DNA from: Candidatus Bathyarchaeia archaeon
GTDB lineage: Archaea > Thermoproteota > Bathyarchaeia > TCS64
NCBI GenBank assembly: GCA_041489375.1
Contig: JBGPRA010000001.1
Coordinates: forward strand, 1 to 43,347
Direction of reading: 5' to 3'
Length of the DNA stretch: 43,347 bases
A model generated the notes under the pieces. It was not told the DNA's origin, searched no databases, and saw only the letters and a program-made list of their open reading frames with translations. A program made the position numbers and the translations under genes. Below are positions 15,405 through 24,862 of the stretch, piece after piece (the first letter of the stretch is position 1; each line of letters starts with the position of its first letter).

Positions 15405-16823
15405 CTACAACGGGGTGATGCTAAAGGCGACCGTAAAATACCCCATCCAGTAGACGAATAAATATGACATTATCCCCCAGCTCCCATTCACGAAAGCGAA
15501 CATTATCCCAACTGAGGTGTAAACGAGCATAAACATCTCAAGCCATGGAAGCTCCTTAAGGACGGAATAACTGGACTCTATCTTGTCGCTCTTCTTCACT
15601 ATATTGTACTTTGGGACTCTCTCATAGTGCCCTCCATTCTTCAAAAGCCCCTTTACCATCTCAAGAGATACTTTAGCAGAAATACCATAGCCGACGAGGG
15701 CGAGAAGCCCCATATACGGAAGCTTCTTCACGACGCTCTGTTTCTGCCACCTAAGCGTCGCGTAATAGAGAGTGAAACTGCTAAATGTACATACTCCGAA
15801 TAGCCCGATATATAGTGGTGGGCTGATATAAGGGAACTTATTCATGGCAAGTAGGGGAACCGTTACGAGGAGAGCTATGAACATCCACATTATGACCATG
15901 TAGTAGGTGAGATGTATACTTGCCTCAACCTTCTGGAGAATGGTTCGGGGGCTCCTCCAAACGGCGCCCAGGAACTTTTTAGCACACTGAACGCTACCCC
16001 TCGCCCACCTACCCTGTTGGGTCCTGAATGCTGCCATGTTAGGGGGTATCTCACCCATTACTGTGAGGTCGCGGAGATAGAGTGTCTTCCAACCTTTGTT
16101 CTGAACCCTGTAGCTAATATCAATGTCCTCGCTAAGTATATCCCAGCTCCACCCGCCGACGTCTTTTATAGCCTCTGTCCTTAGAAGTCCTGCAGAGCCG
16201 TTGAAGTTGACTATCCCGATTGCGCTTCGCGCTGACTGTTCGATTATGTGGTAGGCATCGATACCAAGGGAGAATGCTTCGGTGAACTTGCTATAGTCCC
16301 TGTTGAGGTGGTCCCACCGAGCTTGGACGATGCCAATCTTTGGGTCTGTCTCAATTGCTGCAACTGTTCGATTGAGAAAGTCAGGTGGCGGGACGAAGTC
16401 GGCGTCGATGACAGCGAGATATATACCGTGGGTGTAGTCAAGGGCGTTTTTCAAGGCTCCAGCTCGGTAACCCATCCTCTCGGAGCGGCGGATAACACTA
16501 ATGTTCACGCCAAGCTCCCTCCTCGCAGCAACTTCGCGGTCAACTATCTCCCTCGTTTCATCTGTACTGTCATCGAGAACGAGTATCTCGAGCTTGTCAC
16601 TTGGCCAGTCGAGGTGGCATATAGCATCGATCAGTCTCTTAACAACGTGCTTCTCGTTGTAGACGGGAAGCTGGATAGTGACCATATTATGGTTTTTAAC
16701 TATGTTCAGGTTGGGCTCTCTGTATCTTCTGGAAAAGTAAACCATGAGGAAGCAGTTATAGCCATATGGAAGCATTAAGAAGGTGAATAGGAAGTAGAGG
16801 AATCCGAGTATCGCATCTATCAA
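15405..16823 (-). CDS. Family-2 glycosyltransferase, membrane-integrated (processive type)
   Basis: IQLPVYNEKHV, LVLDDSTDET, VIDADFVPPPDFL and TQQGRWARGSVQ (canonical QxxRW), with flanking TM helices. Stop TAG. Confidence 0.85.
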   Translation of the reverse strand: MIDAILGFLYFLFTFLMLPYGYNCFLMVYFSRRYREPNLNIVKNHNMVTIQLPVYNEKHVVKRLIDAICHLDWPSDKLEILVLDDSTDETREIVDREVAARRELGVNISVIRRSERMGYRAGALKNALDYTHGIYLAVIDADFVPPPDFLNRTVAAIETDPKIGIVQARWDHLNRDYSKFTEAFSLGIDAYHIIEQSARSAIGIVNFNGSAGLLRTEAIKDVGGWSWDILSEDIDISYRVQNKGWKTLYLRDLTVMGEIPPNMAAFRTQQGRWARGSVQCAKKFLGAVWRSPRTILQKVEASIHLTYYMVIMWMFIALLVTVPLLAMNKFPYISPPLYIGLFGVCTFSSFTLYYATLRWQKQSVVKKLPYMGLLALVGYGISAKVSLEMVKGLLKNGGHYERVPKYNIVKKSDKIESSYSVLKELPWLEMFMLVYTSVGIMFAFVNGSWGIMSYLFVYWMGYFTVAFSITPL

Positions 16824-16912
16824 GCTTGTGTCCTCGTTTCTTTTCTTTTGGTTGCCTGTTGGGTGACTCTGACGCGTCTCGCGGTGAAAAGGTTATGGGA
16901 GGAATTGGATAG

Positions 16913-17677
16913 CTAGAAAAGTACGCTCATGCAGGTTAGAGCCCCGTCGCATTTTTGTATCTCAGAGACATTAAGGACGACGACCTTGAAGCCTACCTCC
17001 TCTACCATCTTGTGGGCTTCGGGGAATCCCTTAGCCATCAATACAGTGTCACCAAAGGAGAGTGTGTCCGCTGCGTACTCACTGTCGCTGCGAGGGATGA
17101 TGATTTTGTACCCCTCGAGGGCTGGGTGAGTCGCGTAACGCTCCGTAGCTATCATTATTTTCTTCCCGAGGTAGGTGACGTAGCTCTTCAGGTGCATTAT
17201 ACCGGGATCGAAAATTGTCGCTATAGGGACCTCAAGCCATTCATGCATTTGGGCGATCCCTTCAAGGTTCGTACGTTGGCTTATACCACTGATTAACTTG
17301 TCATCAAGATGGACGACGTCTCCTCCCTCGACAGTGGCAGGGGAGGTCGCCCTCTTCACTTTAATGTACTGCTTGAGGACCGCTTCGACGCCGGTCTCTT
17401 CGCCGCGACGACTCGTCTTCGCCATTCGGCAGATTAGGGCCTTCCCGTTGTGGACGACTACGTTGTCCTCGACGAAGACGGAGTCTGGGTGCTCATCATC
17501 TCGTGGGACCTTTATTATCTCAAGCCCGAGTTCCTCAAGGGCCCTGCAGTAGGTGGCGTGCTGTTCCCTCGCCAGTTCCAAGTCGAGGGTCGAGTGAAGG
17601 GGGTGAGTGGAAAGACAGTTCTTGTACTTGTCCCCAATGTCTCTGATTAGTGCTTTACGAGGCTCCATGTATACCAC
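16913..17677 (-). CDS. Amidinotransferase-superfamily enzyme (dimethylarginine dimethylaminohydrolase-like)
   Basis: 254 aa ending in the GALTCMSVLF Cys-nucleophile block. An alternative ATG start lies at 17668. Confidence 0.75.
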   Translation of the reverse strand: MVYMEPRKALIRDIGDKYKNCLSTHPLHSTLDLELAREQHATYCRALEELGLEIIKVPRDDEHPDSVFVEDNVVVHNGKALICRMAKTSRRGEETGVEAVLKQYIKVKRATSPATVEGGDVVHLDDKLISGISQRTNLEGIAQMHEWLEVPIATIFDPGIMHLKSYVTYLGKKIMIATERYATHPALEGYKIIIPRSDSEYAADTLSFGDTVLMAKGFPEAHKMVEEVGFKVVVLNVSEIQKCDGALTCMSVLF

Positions 17678-17873
17678 TGAGGGTCAAGTCAGCCCTCAGT
17701 CCTTAAAACCGTTGAGCCCCGTCGAACTTTAAACAGCCGCTTACTTCTACTCATCGCGCGCGTACGGGATTCGAGGAACCCAGAAGAAAGAGAATAATTG
17801 AATCGCGTTCGTGCAAGACAGGTTCAGACCTCCAACTAGTGTTTTATTCCCGCGTTGGTCTACTCTGGGTAAA

Positions 17874-18890
17874 ATGATACGCGTCGCAGTTAGCGGCATA
17901 CCTAGGGGTTACCAGTTCCCTCGCTCTGATGGCAACTGGCTTATGGACAAGCATCGTGAGCAGATACTCGCTGTCTCCCCTGAAGTGGAACTCCTGGAGT
18001 TGCCTGAGACTGTAGTCCATGGGATGGAAATTGTCGAAGGGATCGAGATCCTTTTCGGTGAGGGAGGGAACACAACTCACTACGCTGGGGAGCTAGACAG
18101 GGCGGACTACGAAAAGTTCTTCACCCCCAACCTCAAGTGGGTACAGCTCTGTAGCACAGGCTTCAGTGACAACATTACTCCGGAGATTCTGGACGGTAGA
18201 GTGATCCTGACGAATAGTCTGGGGATACACACTGTCCCAATATCGGAGAGCGTCTTGGCTGCTATGCTTGAGCACACTAAGAGGTTTGAGCAAAGGAGAA
18301 TCGACCAAGCTGAGAGGAATTGGAGACAATTATATTGTAGTGACCTTGAAGGCGCTACTGTTTTGCTCATAGGACTTGGCAACCTAGGGAGAAGGATAAC
18401 ACGACTCTGCAAAGCCTTTGACATGAAGGTCATCGGCACACGGAGAAACCCTGCACCTGTTGAGAATGTTGACAAGGTTTTCCCTGTGAGCGAGCTTAGG
18501 GAACATCTATCTGAAGCAGATTATGTAGTGGTTGTCGCTCCGCTTACCCCTGAGACTGAGGGGCTACTAGGTGAGGCAGAGTTCAGGGCAATGAAGCAGA
18601 CCTGTTACTTCATCAACGTGGGACGGGGCAGGATAGCGGATGAGGGAGTGATGATAGACGTGCTCAAAGAGAGGCAAATCAGTGGTGCTTATCTCGACTG
18701 CTTCTCTACGGAGCCATTGCCTGTTGAAAGCCCACTCTGGGGGATGGATAATGTCTTCTTAGTTCCACATGACAGCCACTCCAGCCCAAAGATCGGGAAC
18801 AGACTTGTTGACCAGTTCTGTGAGAATCTTAGAAGGTATGTGACGGGCGAGATTCTCCTAAACGTATGCGACCCACATCGCGGCTACTAG
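17874..18890 (+). CDS. D-isomer-specific 2-hydroxyacid dehydrogenase family
   Basis: LIGLGNLGRRITRLCKAFDMKVIG (NAD fold), INVGRGRIADE and VPHDSHSS. I prefer the ATG at 17874 (MIRVAVSG) to the upstream GTG at 17811. Confidence 0.8.
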   Translation: MIRVAVSGIPRGYQFPRSDGNWLMDKHREQILAVSPEVELLELPETVVHGMEIVEGIEILFGEGGNTTHYAGELDRADYEKFFTPNLKWVQLCSTGFSDNITPEILDGRVILTNSLGIHTVPISESVLAAMLEHTKRFEQRRIDQAERNWRQLYCSDLEGATVLLIGLGNLGRRITRLCKAFDMKVIGTRRNPAPVENVDKVFPVSELREHLSEADYVVVVAPLTPETEGLLGEAEFRAMKQTCYFINVGRGRIADEGVMIDVLKERQISGAYLDCFSTEPLPVESPLWGMDNVFLVPHDSHSSPKIGNRLVDQFCENLRRYVTGEILLNVCDPHRGY

Positions 18891-18921
18891 AGTTATATCT
18901 CCTGCGCCGCTCTACAACCCC

Positions 18922-19773
18922 ATGTCTCTGCTATTCAGCAAACTCAGGGGAAGGCTCGAGGAAGCCTCAGAATGCTATGAGGGTGTAATAGGCGCCGCTG
19001 TAAAGGACTTAACGACTGGCGAATCCCTCTTCATAAATGAGGACGAGGTCTTCCCCGTCGCGAGCACAATAAAGGTGCCGATACTCATCGAGTTCCATAG
19101 ACGCATTGAGGCAAAGACTCTTGATCCAACGACATTAGTGAATTACGTTGAAGCGCATAGAACTGGGGGGAGCGGAGTCTTAAAGACCCTCACCCCAGGT
19201 GCCGTTAACATGCCCCTCATTGACTACGTCACGTTGATGATCAACGTAAGTGATAACTCCTCCACGAACTACCTAATCGACCTCCTCGACATAGAAAAGA
19301 TCAACGCCCTCATCGCGGAACTGGGGCTCAGGGAGACTCGGCTCGCGAGAAAGATGATGGACATGGAAGCCTTCAAAGCAGGGAAAGACAGCTTCACGAC
19401 GCCCAGAGAGCTCGTCGCAATGTTCGAGGAACTCTACACTCCACGAGCTCTGAGCCCATTCGTCTGTGGGGAGACCCTAAAGATGCTGAAGAAGCCGAAG
19501 GAGGGAATAGTTCAAGGTGTAATCAGGAACGTAATCCCTGATTCGGTCGAGGTCGCAGATAAGTCAGGTTGGGTCGGTGGAGCAACCCTCGACGCTGGCA
19601 TAGTTTACCAGCCTAGGCGACCATACGCTGTGGCGCTATTGGCGAAGCACATACCATCCTCCGACCTCCACATGGTCAAGGCCCTAAACACCTTAACTGA
19701 AATGGTGAGGCTAATCCAATCCTACTTCGAGGAGGTCTCGGCCTCGACTCCACAAGGCAGGAAGCTCCTCTAG
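18922..19773 (+). CDS. Class A beta-lactamase-like serine hydrolase, no signal peptide
   Basis: ASTIK (SxxK), SDN (NVSDNSS) and KSG (ADKSGWV) motifs occur in canonical order. The N-terminus MSLLFSKLRGRLEEASE is not hydrophobic. Confidence 0.75.
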   Translation: MSLLFSKLRGRLEEASECYEGVIGAAVKDLTTGESLFINEDEVFPVASTIKVPILIEFHRRIEAKTLDPTTLVNYVEAHRTGGSGVLKTLTPGAVNMPLIDYVTLMINVSDNSSTNYLIDLLDIEKINALIAELGLRETRLARKMMDMEAFKAGKDSFTTPRELVAMFEELYTPRALSPFVCGETLKMLKKPKEGIVQGVIRNVIPDSVEVADKSGWVGGATLDAGIVYQPRRPYAVALLAKHIPSSDLHMVKALNTLTEMVRLIQSYFEEVSASTPQGRKLL

Positions 19774-19815
19774 CGGGGTAGAATTTATCATATAGAACCG
19801 TCGCCATGTTTTGAA

Positions 19816-20772
19816 GTGTCCTTGTTTACAGCCAGCATAACCCACGGCGACGACGTTGACGGTCTAACCTGCGGAGCTCTACTCATCCGACTGTTCGATG
19901 CGAAGGTCATCCCCGCAAACTACGATGACCTAGAAGAGGCTCTCGTAAGTATAGGTGAGGACATCGAGCAGCTGTTCATCACAGACCTGAACCTTAGAGA
20001 GGTCCTCCTCCCACTCATCGAGGACATAAGAAGGCATGCCTCGGTCATAATAATCGACCATCACCCTATGGACAAAAACCTAAGTAACAGCCTCAGACGC
20101 CTAGGCGTTGAGATTATACACGATACACGCGACTGCGCCTCCGCTCTTGTTTATGACCACTTTAAGGACAGGCTCGAATCAGACGCTACCCGGCTAGCCG
20201 CCTACGCCGCTATTTCGGACATGTTCGAGGACGGTCCGGTTGCCTCCCGGCTCATGGATGGGATGGATAGGAAGTTTGTGCAGCAAGAGGCGCTACTATT
20301 GAGCTTCGCCTTAAACTGCAACCAGTCGAAAACCTTCAAGAAGAGATTACTCAAAGAATTAAGCTGCTACGCTTACCCTCACAGAATTAGGGGTATTGTG
20401 GAGGCTGCAGTGGCTCAACTAGAGAAGATTGTCAAGATAAAGGAAACGGTCAAGGAGAAGGCTATAGTAGCAGGGAGGCTCGCGTATATGGAGTGCGATG
20501 ATGACTCCTCCACTGGAGAGGTCGCCAATATAGTCATGGATACGCTACTCGTCCCCGTTGGGATGTGTTGGAAGGACCAAGGAGGTATGGTGAACATAAG
20601 CCTGCGTGGCGAGAGAAGACTTCCCGAACACCTTGGCGACATCGTAGCGAGCTTATCGAAGAAACATGGTGGATTCGGCGGGGGACATGCCCGCGCCAGC
20701 GGAGCAAAGGTGCCGAAGGAGAAACTCGACGCCTTCATAGTAGATCTAGCCGCGGCACTCAACGTCTCTTGA
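19816..20772 (+). CDS. DHH/DHHA1-family phosphoesterase
   Basis: HGDDVDG, IIIDHHP and GGGHARASGA motifs. GTG start. Confidence 0.8.
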   Translation: MSLFTASITHGDDVDGLTCGALLIRLFDAKVIPANYDDLEEALVSIGEDIEQLFITDLNLREVLLPLIEDIRRHASVIIIDHHPMDKNLSNSLRRLGVEIIHDTRDCASALVYDHFKDRLESDATRLAAYAAISDMFEDGPVASRLMDGMDRKFVQQEALLLSFALNCNQSKTFKKRLLKELSCYAYPHRIRGIVEAAVAQLEKIVKIKETVKEKAIVAGRLAYMECDDDSSTGEVANIVMDTLLVPVGMCWKDQGGMVNISLRGERRLPEHLGDIVASLSKKHGGFGGGHARASGAKVPKEKLDAFIVDLAAALNVS

Positions 20773-21190
20773 GCCTTTGCCTCCAGCGCACCCTCTTCTT
20801 GGCATCCCTGATCCTCTCGTCTAGGGGCCTCATACGGGTAGGGTCAAAAGGCATCCATTCATCATTCTCAGCGTCGGGACCTATCAGTTCACTGCTCTTG
20901 CAGAGGGTAAACCTCAGGTTCTGTACATTGTTCTCAGCTGGGTCAAACTGAAGGACCTTCATTGCTCGGGCGAGACGTATCATTGCGACGAGTCTCAGCG
21001 GATTATCCAATCCATACTCTTCGGCCCTCCTATAGGTAACCTCCCTCTCCTGCCCCGTATCGGAGTAGACAACTACATCGACGTCCTCGTCCTTCACCTG
21101 CACGGGATAGAAGAAGCGGCGAAAGACCCTGACAAGGGTCCGCTTCCCCTCGAAGACGACGACCAACCCCGATTCGGTAGAGAACAACAC
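20759..21190 (-). CDS. Hypothetical protein (143 aa, basic C-terminus)
   Basis: Uninterrupted ORF with a GTG start. No motif recognised. Its 3' end overlaps the DHH gene by 14 nt, convergently. Confidence 0.4.
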   Translation of the reverse strand: MLFSTESGLVVVFEGKRTLVRVFRRFFYPVQVKDEDVDVVVYSDTGQEREVTYRRAEEYGLDNPLRLVAMIRLARAMKVLQFDPAENNVQNLRFTLCKSSELIGPDAENDEWMPFDPTRMRPLDERIRDAKKRVRWRQRLKRR

Positions 21191-21382
21191 TGTATCTTCA
21201 CACCCCGAATTGAAAAGGTATGTAGGTCTGCGGCCAATCTTACTCCTTTCGGATCGAATTACACGCTTAAAGCTGTGAAGATTGAGACTTTCCTCTCTAA
21301 CCGTAAAAATAGATAAGGTATTACTATTTCGTGTTTTTCTACCTAATATGAGGTCGCAAGCACGAGTGTGTTAAAACGGGGA

Positions 21383-22384
21383 TTAGAGTAGGAATCCGCC
21401 CTTTAGAGGGTCATCAGGGTCGATGACCACTTGCGTGAATCCTGTGATATATGCGGAGGCTAGGACATCGGGGACTATCGCCTTGTACTTTCCTACTCTT
21501 AACTCCTTCGCTATTCTACCCGTCATCACGGTGCCGATTGTGGACTCGAATTTGACCTCTTGGCCAGGCTTGAGCTTTCCTGTGCCATAGAGGGCCGCCA
21601 TCCGAGCGTTTGAACAGGTCCCTGCGGGGCTCCTGCAAGTCTGTTTAGGGCCAAAGACGTTCCAGTGCCTGCTAGTGTACTCCTTCTTGCTCGGCTTCGT
21701 GTAGAAGGTGACAAGGTCGAGGATATTTAGCTCCGGGTACTCTGGGTGGTCTACCTTTATCTGGCCAGCTATAAAGTTCCTAATCTTCCATCCGAGAGGT
21801 ATCCACTCCCCCTTCGTCTCGAGAGTTGGCTTGAGACCGATGCTCTCAGCATCGACGAAGGCGTACCAGAGGCCCCCATACGCGATGTCGGCCTCGACTT
21901 CCCCAACCTTGGGAACGTCGAACTTCATCGTCTTCCAGTAGAAGCTTGGGACTCCTTGCATCGCGATACTCTTAGCGACGCCATCCTTCACCTCAACTTT
22001 CGTCTTGACGAGGCCACTAACGGTGTCGAAGGTTATCTCGGTGTAGGGCTCCTTGACATCGACCATTCCCGTGTTGACTAGAGCGGCGCTGCAGCTGTAG
22101 GTTGAGTCGCCGCAGGCGCTGAAGTATCCGTCTGTCCAGAGGTAGATAACTCCGACGTCAGCCTCTGGGACAGTGGCCTCTGTGAGAATTGAGCCGAGCA
22201 TACCGTCGAAACCTCTCGGTTCCTTCATCAAGGTCCCCAAGAGGGCGTGGTAATTTTCCTGGAAATACTTCTGTTTCTCTGACATCGTCTTACCACGGAG
22301 CTTCGGCAGACCACCAACGACGATCCTGGTAGACTCGCCACTGCAGTGGGTGTCGATACACGAAAGGTACCTACTGAACTTCAA
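21383..22384 (-). CDS. Proline racemase / hydroxyproline epimerase family protein, non-canonical active site
   Basis: IDTHCSGESTRIVVGG and GYFSACGDST (first catalytic Cys present). The second motif reads CRSPAGTCSNARMA where the family has DRSPCGTGTSA. TTG start. Confidence 0.8.
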   Translation of the reverse strand: MKFSRYLSCIDTHCSGESTRIVVGGLPKLRGKTMSEKQKYFQENYHALLGTLMKEPRGFDGMLGSILTEATVPEADVGVIYLWTDGYFSACGDSTYSCSAALVNTGMVDVKEPYTEITFDTVSGLVKTKVEVKDGVAKSIAMQGVPSFYWKTMKFDVPKVGEVEADIAYGGLWYAFVDAESIGLKPTLETKGEWIPLGWKIRNFIAGQIKVDHPEYPELNILDLVTFYTKPSKKEYTSRHWNVFGPKQTCRSPAGTCSNARMAALYGTGKLKPGQEVKFESTIGTVMTGRIAKELRVGKYKAIVPDVLASAYITGFTQVVIDPDDPLKGGFLL

Positions 22385-22405
22385 ACGGGTTACACCGAGT
22401 AGTAT

Positions 22406-22888
22406 TCATCCAGACACGTTTATACCGGTTACGTCGAAGCTTAGCTCCAAGAGTTGCTTGTTAGACCTGTAGCGCCACTTTACGATCTTTAACCCACCCA
22501 ACTCCCCTGTCTTAGCGCAGTGCTTCTTCCCGCATGTATTGACATTCCAATCTGGAAGGTAAAAAATCTTGACGACCGTAAGCTCTGCGGGGAGGGGGAA
22601 AAGATCGTAAATGTCGTCGCCCCAACGGGCCTCGGCATCAGATCGGCTCATCTCATGTACCTCGGTTGGAGCATTCTCCATTATTTTTTGGTTCGCTGCT
22701 TCCTCGATCCTAGTCAACTCCTCGTTGGTGGGCTTCCTATCGAACTTAACGATGAGCCCACCATGGATGCCCTGGCTATAAGCGCTCGCAGACCATTTAG
22801 CGCCTCTCCCAAGGACGTGAACGACCGCCCCTTTGAGGACGTGGATAGCGGTGTGCCCCCTAACTTCATCCGATGTATCCATTTTCAA
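22406..22888 (-). CDS. alaX: Alanyl-tRNA editing protein AlaX-S
   Basis: 160 aa with the HTAIHVLKGAV (HxxxH) and CGKKHC (CxxxH) zinc motifs of the Ala/Thr-tRNA synthetase editing domain. Confidence 0.85.
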   Translation of the reverse strand: MKMDTSDEVRGHTAIHVLKGAVVHVLGRGAKWSASAYSQGIHGGLIVKFDRKPTNEELTRIEEAANQKIMENAPTEVHEMSRSDAEARWGDDIYDLFPLPAELTVVKIFYLPDWNVNTCGKKHCAKTGELGGLKIVKWRYRSNKQLLELSFDVTGINVSG

Positions 22889-22994
22889 ACCTAAAACCAG
22901 CCCTTAGGGCATATAAGCGAGAGGGGTATCCAATGCTAATTAGGTAGAGGTCAACTATATATTGGAGTGTCTGGTCCTCTACGAGGTGCAGTGA

Positions 22995-23645
22995 ATGACT
23001 GAAAATAAGCAGCACACTGAGCGCTTCTCCCCGATCAAGGCCTGGCTGTCACAGATAACAGAGAAGAACATGCTTAAGAGAGCGACTATCGTTGCCTTGA
23101 CTGGCATATTAGCCGCGGTTATAGCCTACTCGAATGCTACGAGGATAGAAGCCCCGATAGCTGGCGTATCTGGAATGTTAAGGACGATATCCGCTGCAAC
23201 AGCGCTCATATTGACGCTCCTAGGCTGGATATTTTCCTCTCTAATCTACCACGCGGGTGCAAGCGTTCTTGGAGGAAAAGGAAGCCTCAACAGGATATTT
23301 GCCTTCAGCGGCTACGCATCCATACCGCTACTCCTCCAAGAAATCCTCAGGTTCATCTACTATGTAGTCTTCAGTCAATCTCCCTCGGCATCCACTGCTG
23401 TGAATATACTCACCTTACTAGTTAATCATTTTACTTTCTTCAAAGTCGCGTGCCTGGTCCTGACTGGTGTCGCTATAATGTTGAATTACGGTGTCTCGGG
23501 GAGGAAGGCGGCTTTGGTCACGCTTCTACCATCGTTGATCAGCATCGCTTTCACTCTTCTCTTGATACATTATTTTGGCGGGGCTGTAGCCGCTTCCGGG
23601 AACCAGAGTGGGGGCTTGTTTTCAAGGCTGAGGCAAACAAGCTAA
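22995..23645 (+). CDS. Yip1-domain membrane protein
   Basis: Five hydrophobic spans. The block HAGASVLGGKGSLNRIFAFSGYASIPLL is typical of Yip1/YIF1-type proteins. Confidence 0.55.
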   Translation: MTENKQHTERFSPIKAWLSQITEKNMLKRATIVALTGILAAVIAYSNATRIEAPIAGVSGMLRTISAATALILTLLGWIFSSLIYHAGASVLGGKGSLNRIFAFSGYASIPLLLQEILRFIYYVVFSQSPSASTAVNILTLLVNHFTFFKVACLVLTGVAIMLNYGVSGRKAALVTLLPSLISIAFTLLLIHYFGGAVAASGNQSGGLFSRLRQTS

Positions 23646-24036
23646 GCGATTAAATTTTCTTTTAAAATGAAGGTGCCCAAGTGTTCTTACCTAGTGGACG
23701 AAGGTTTCCCAAGAGCCTAAGCCCCCGAGTCCTTTTGCAGCCCGTCCCTCTTGGTTCTGCGTCTCATAGGGGTCTTGAACGCTGCTCCGACCCTTGAGGC
23801 GCTCCCACCTGGGCAACTCTATGAGGGTTCTTAGTGAATATACCATCTGCGTTGTAAGCTTGATGCAACTTAGGACGATGATTCATGGAGTAGAAGCCGG
23901 TTATTGTCTCCTACCAGACAACAATGTCGCATGTTGTTGACGCGAAGATTATTTGTTTGTTGCTATAAAACGCGGCTTGGTGGAACCATGAATGCTTAAC
24001 AGGTTTAATTTGGATTAACCTCAGATTTTGGCGGAT

Positions 24037-24540
24037 TTACGGGGGCGTCCACGTGATGTACTTCGACGTTGTGAACCTCTGCTTTTGAGCTACCCCAAAA
24101 CCGCTTCGTATTATCTCAGGTAGGACTTGCTTGGCGAACCTTTCTGAGGGGTTCCCGGAGACTATACCCTCGCAGTCCGAGTCGAGGTAGATGTAGTAGA
24201 TCTTGTCACCGAGTCTATAGGCGCTGTTGTCGCCGCGTGGATAGACGGGCTTGTGCTGGATGCGGAATGGGAAGAGGCGACAGGCGGTCGGCTTCATGCC
24301 TTGGATCGTGCATATCCATCGGTCCATTAGGGGGCGCTGGAGGACACAACGGCGGTCAGGCCCGTTGCGGAGGTAGACCTTGCCGGTCCCGTACTCGAAG
24401 ACTCCCTGTCCGCAGACGCTCCCGACTTTTACAAACTCATCCATCTTCAGGGGGACTCTATAACCGACGCAGCAGTTACCGCATGCTATACACCCCCAGT
24501 TGGCGACTTCACGCCAGGGTATGAGCGTCTTGTCCCCCAT
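24037..24540 (-). CDS. YkgJ-family (UPF0153, CxxCxxCC) zinc/iron-binding protein
   Basis: CIACGNCCVGYRV and KPTACRLFPF motifs. Confidence 0.7.
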   Translation of the reverse strand: MGDKTLIPWREVANWGCIACGNCCVGYRVPLKMDEFVKVGSVCGQGVFEYGTGKVYLRNGPDRRCVLQRPLMDRWICTIQGMKPTACRLFPFRIQHKPVYPRGDNSAYRLGDKIYYIYLDSDCEGIVSGNPSERFAKQVLPEIIRSGFGVAQKQRFTTSKYITWTPP

Positions 24541-24661
24541 AGCAGTCTTAAGCCCTTGTGAGTTGGGTACCTATATACTTTGCCGATAATGTATAAAAAA
24601 AACATGCGTACGCGTTATGAGAGGTATAAAGGGGCTTACCCGAAGCTGGTGCTTCAGTATA

Positions 24662-24829
24662 TCTAGCCTTCGCCGCGTTCCTTCTTTTTCTCTGCTTCCT
24701 CAAGGTCGTAGAGGAGGGGATAGACGTTGTTGTGCTGTTTTATCAGTTTGAGGGTGAAATTAACGAACCAACCTATCATTATGATGGCAGCCGCGTAAAT
24801 TATAATTGTGTAGAGGAGCAACGTGTCCA
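24662..24829 (-). CDS. Possible small membrane protein (55 aa)
   Basis: My own translation gives (V/M)DTLLLYTIIIYAAAIIMIGWFVNFTLKLIKQHNNVYPLLYDLEEAEKKKERGEG. It has one hydrophobic helix and a charged tail. GTG start preceded by GGTG. No homology evidence. Confidence 0.3.
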
Positions 24830-24862
24830 CTTCTTACACCGTAGAGGTTTGCACTATAGGAT

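Noticed and set aside
16248-16778. Long antisense ORFs inside well-supported genes (for example 16248..16778, 2989..3483, 4987..5421, 6954..7310, 18107..18475, 20415..20762, 26960..27797 and 41389..42080)
   Set aside because: They lie wholly within, and opposite to, genes with strong family motifs. Their translations are Ser/Arg/Pro/Leu-rich and show no recognisable motif, as expected for shadow ORFs in DNA of this GC content.
352-17770. Recurrent GCGCGCG-containing segments in intergenic DNA (about 355, 8215, 8640, 10440 and 17755)
   Set aside because: The heptamer also occurs inside coding sequence (about 5366 in the M42 gene). The total count is close to chance expectation for 43 kb. Only the pair at 352-371 and 8211-8228 shares extra flanking similarity (about 17 nt), which is too little to call.
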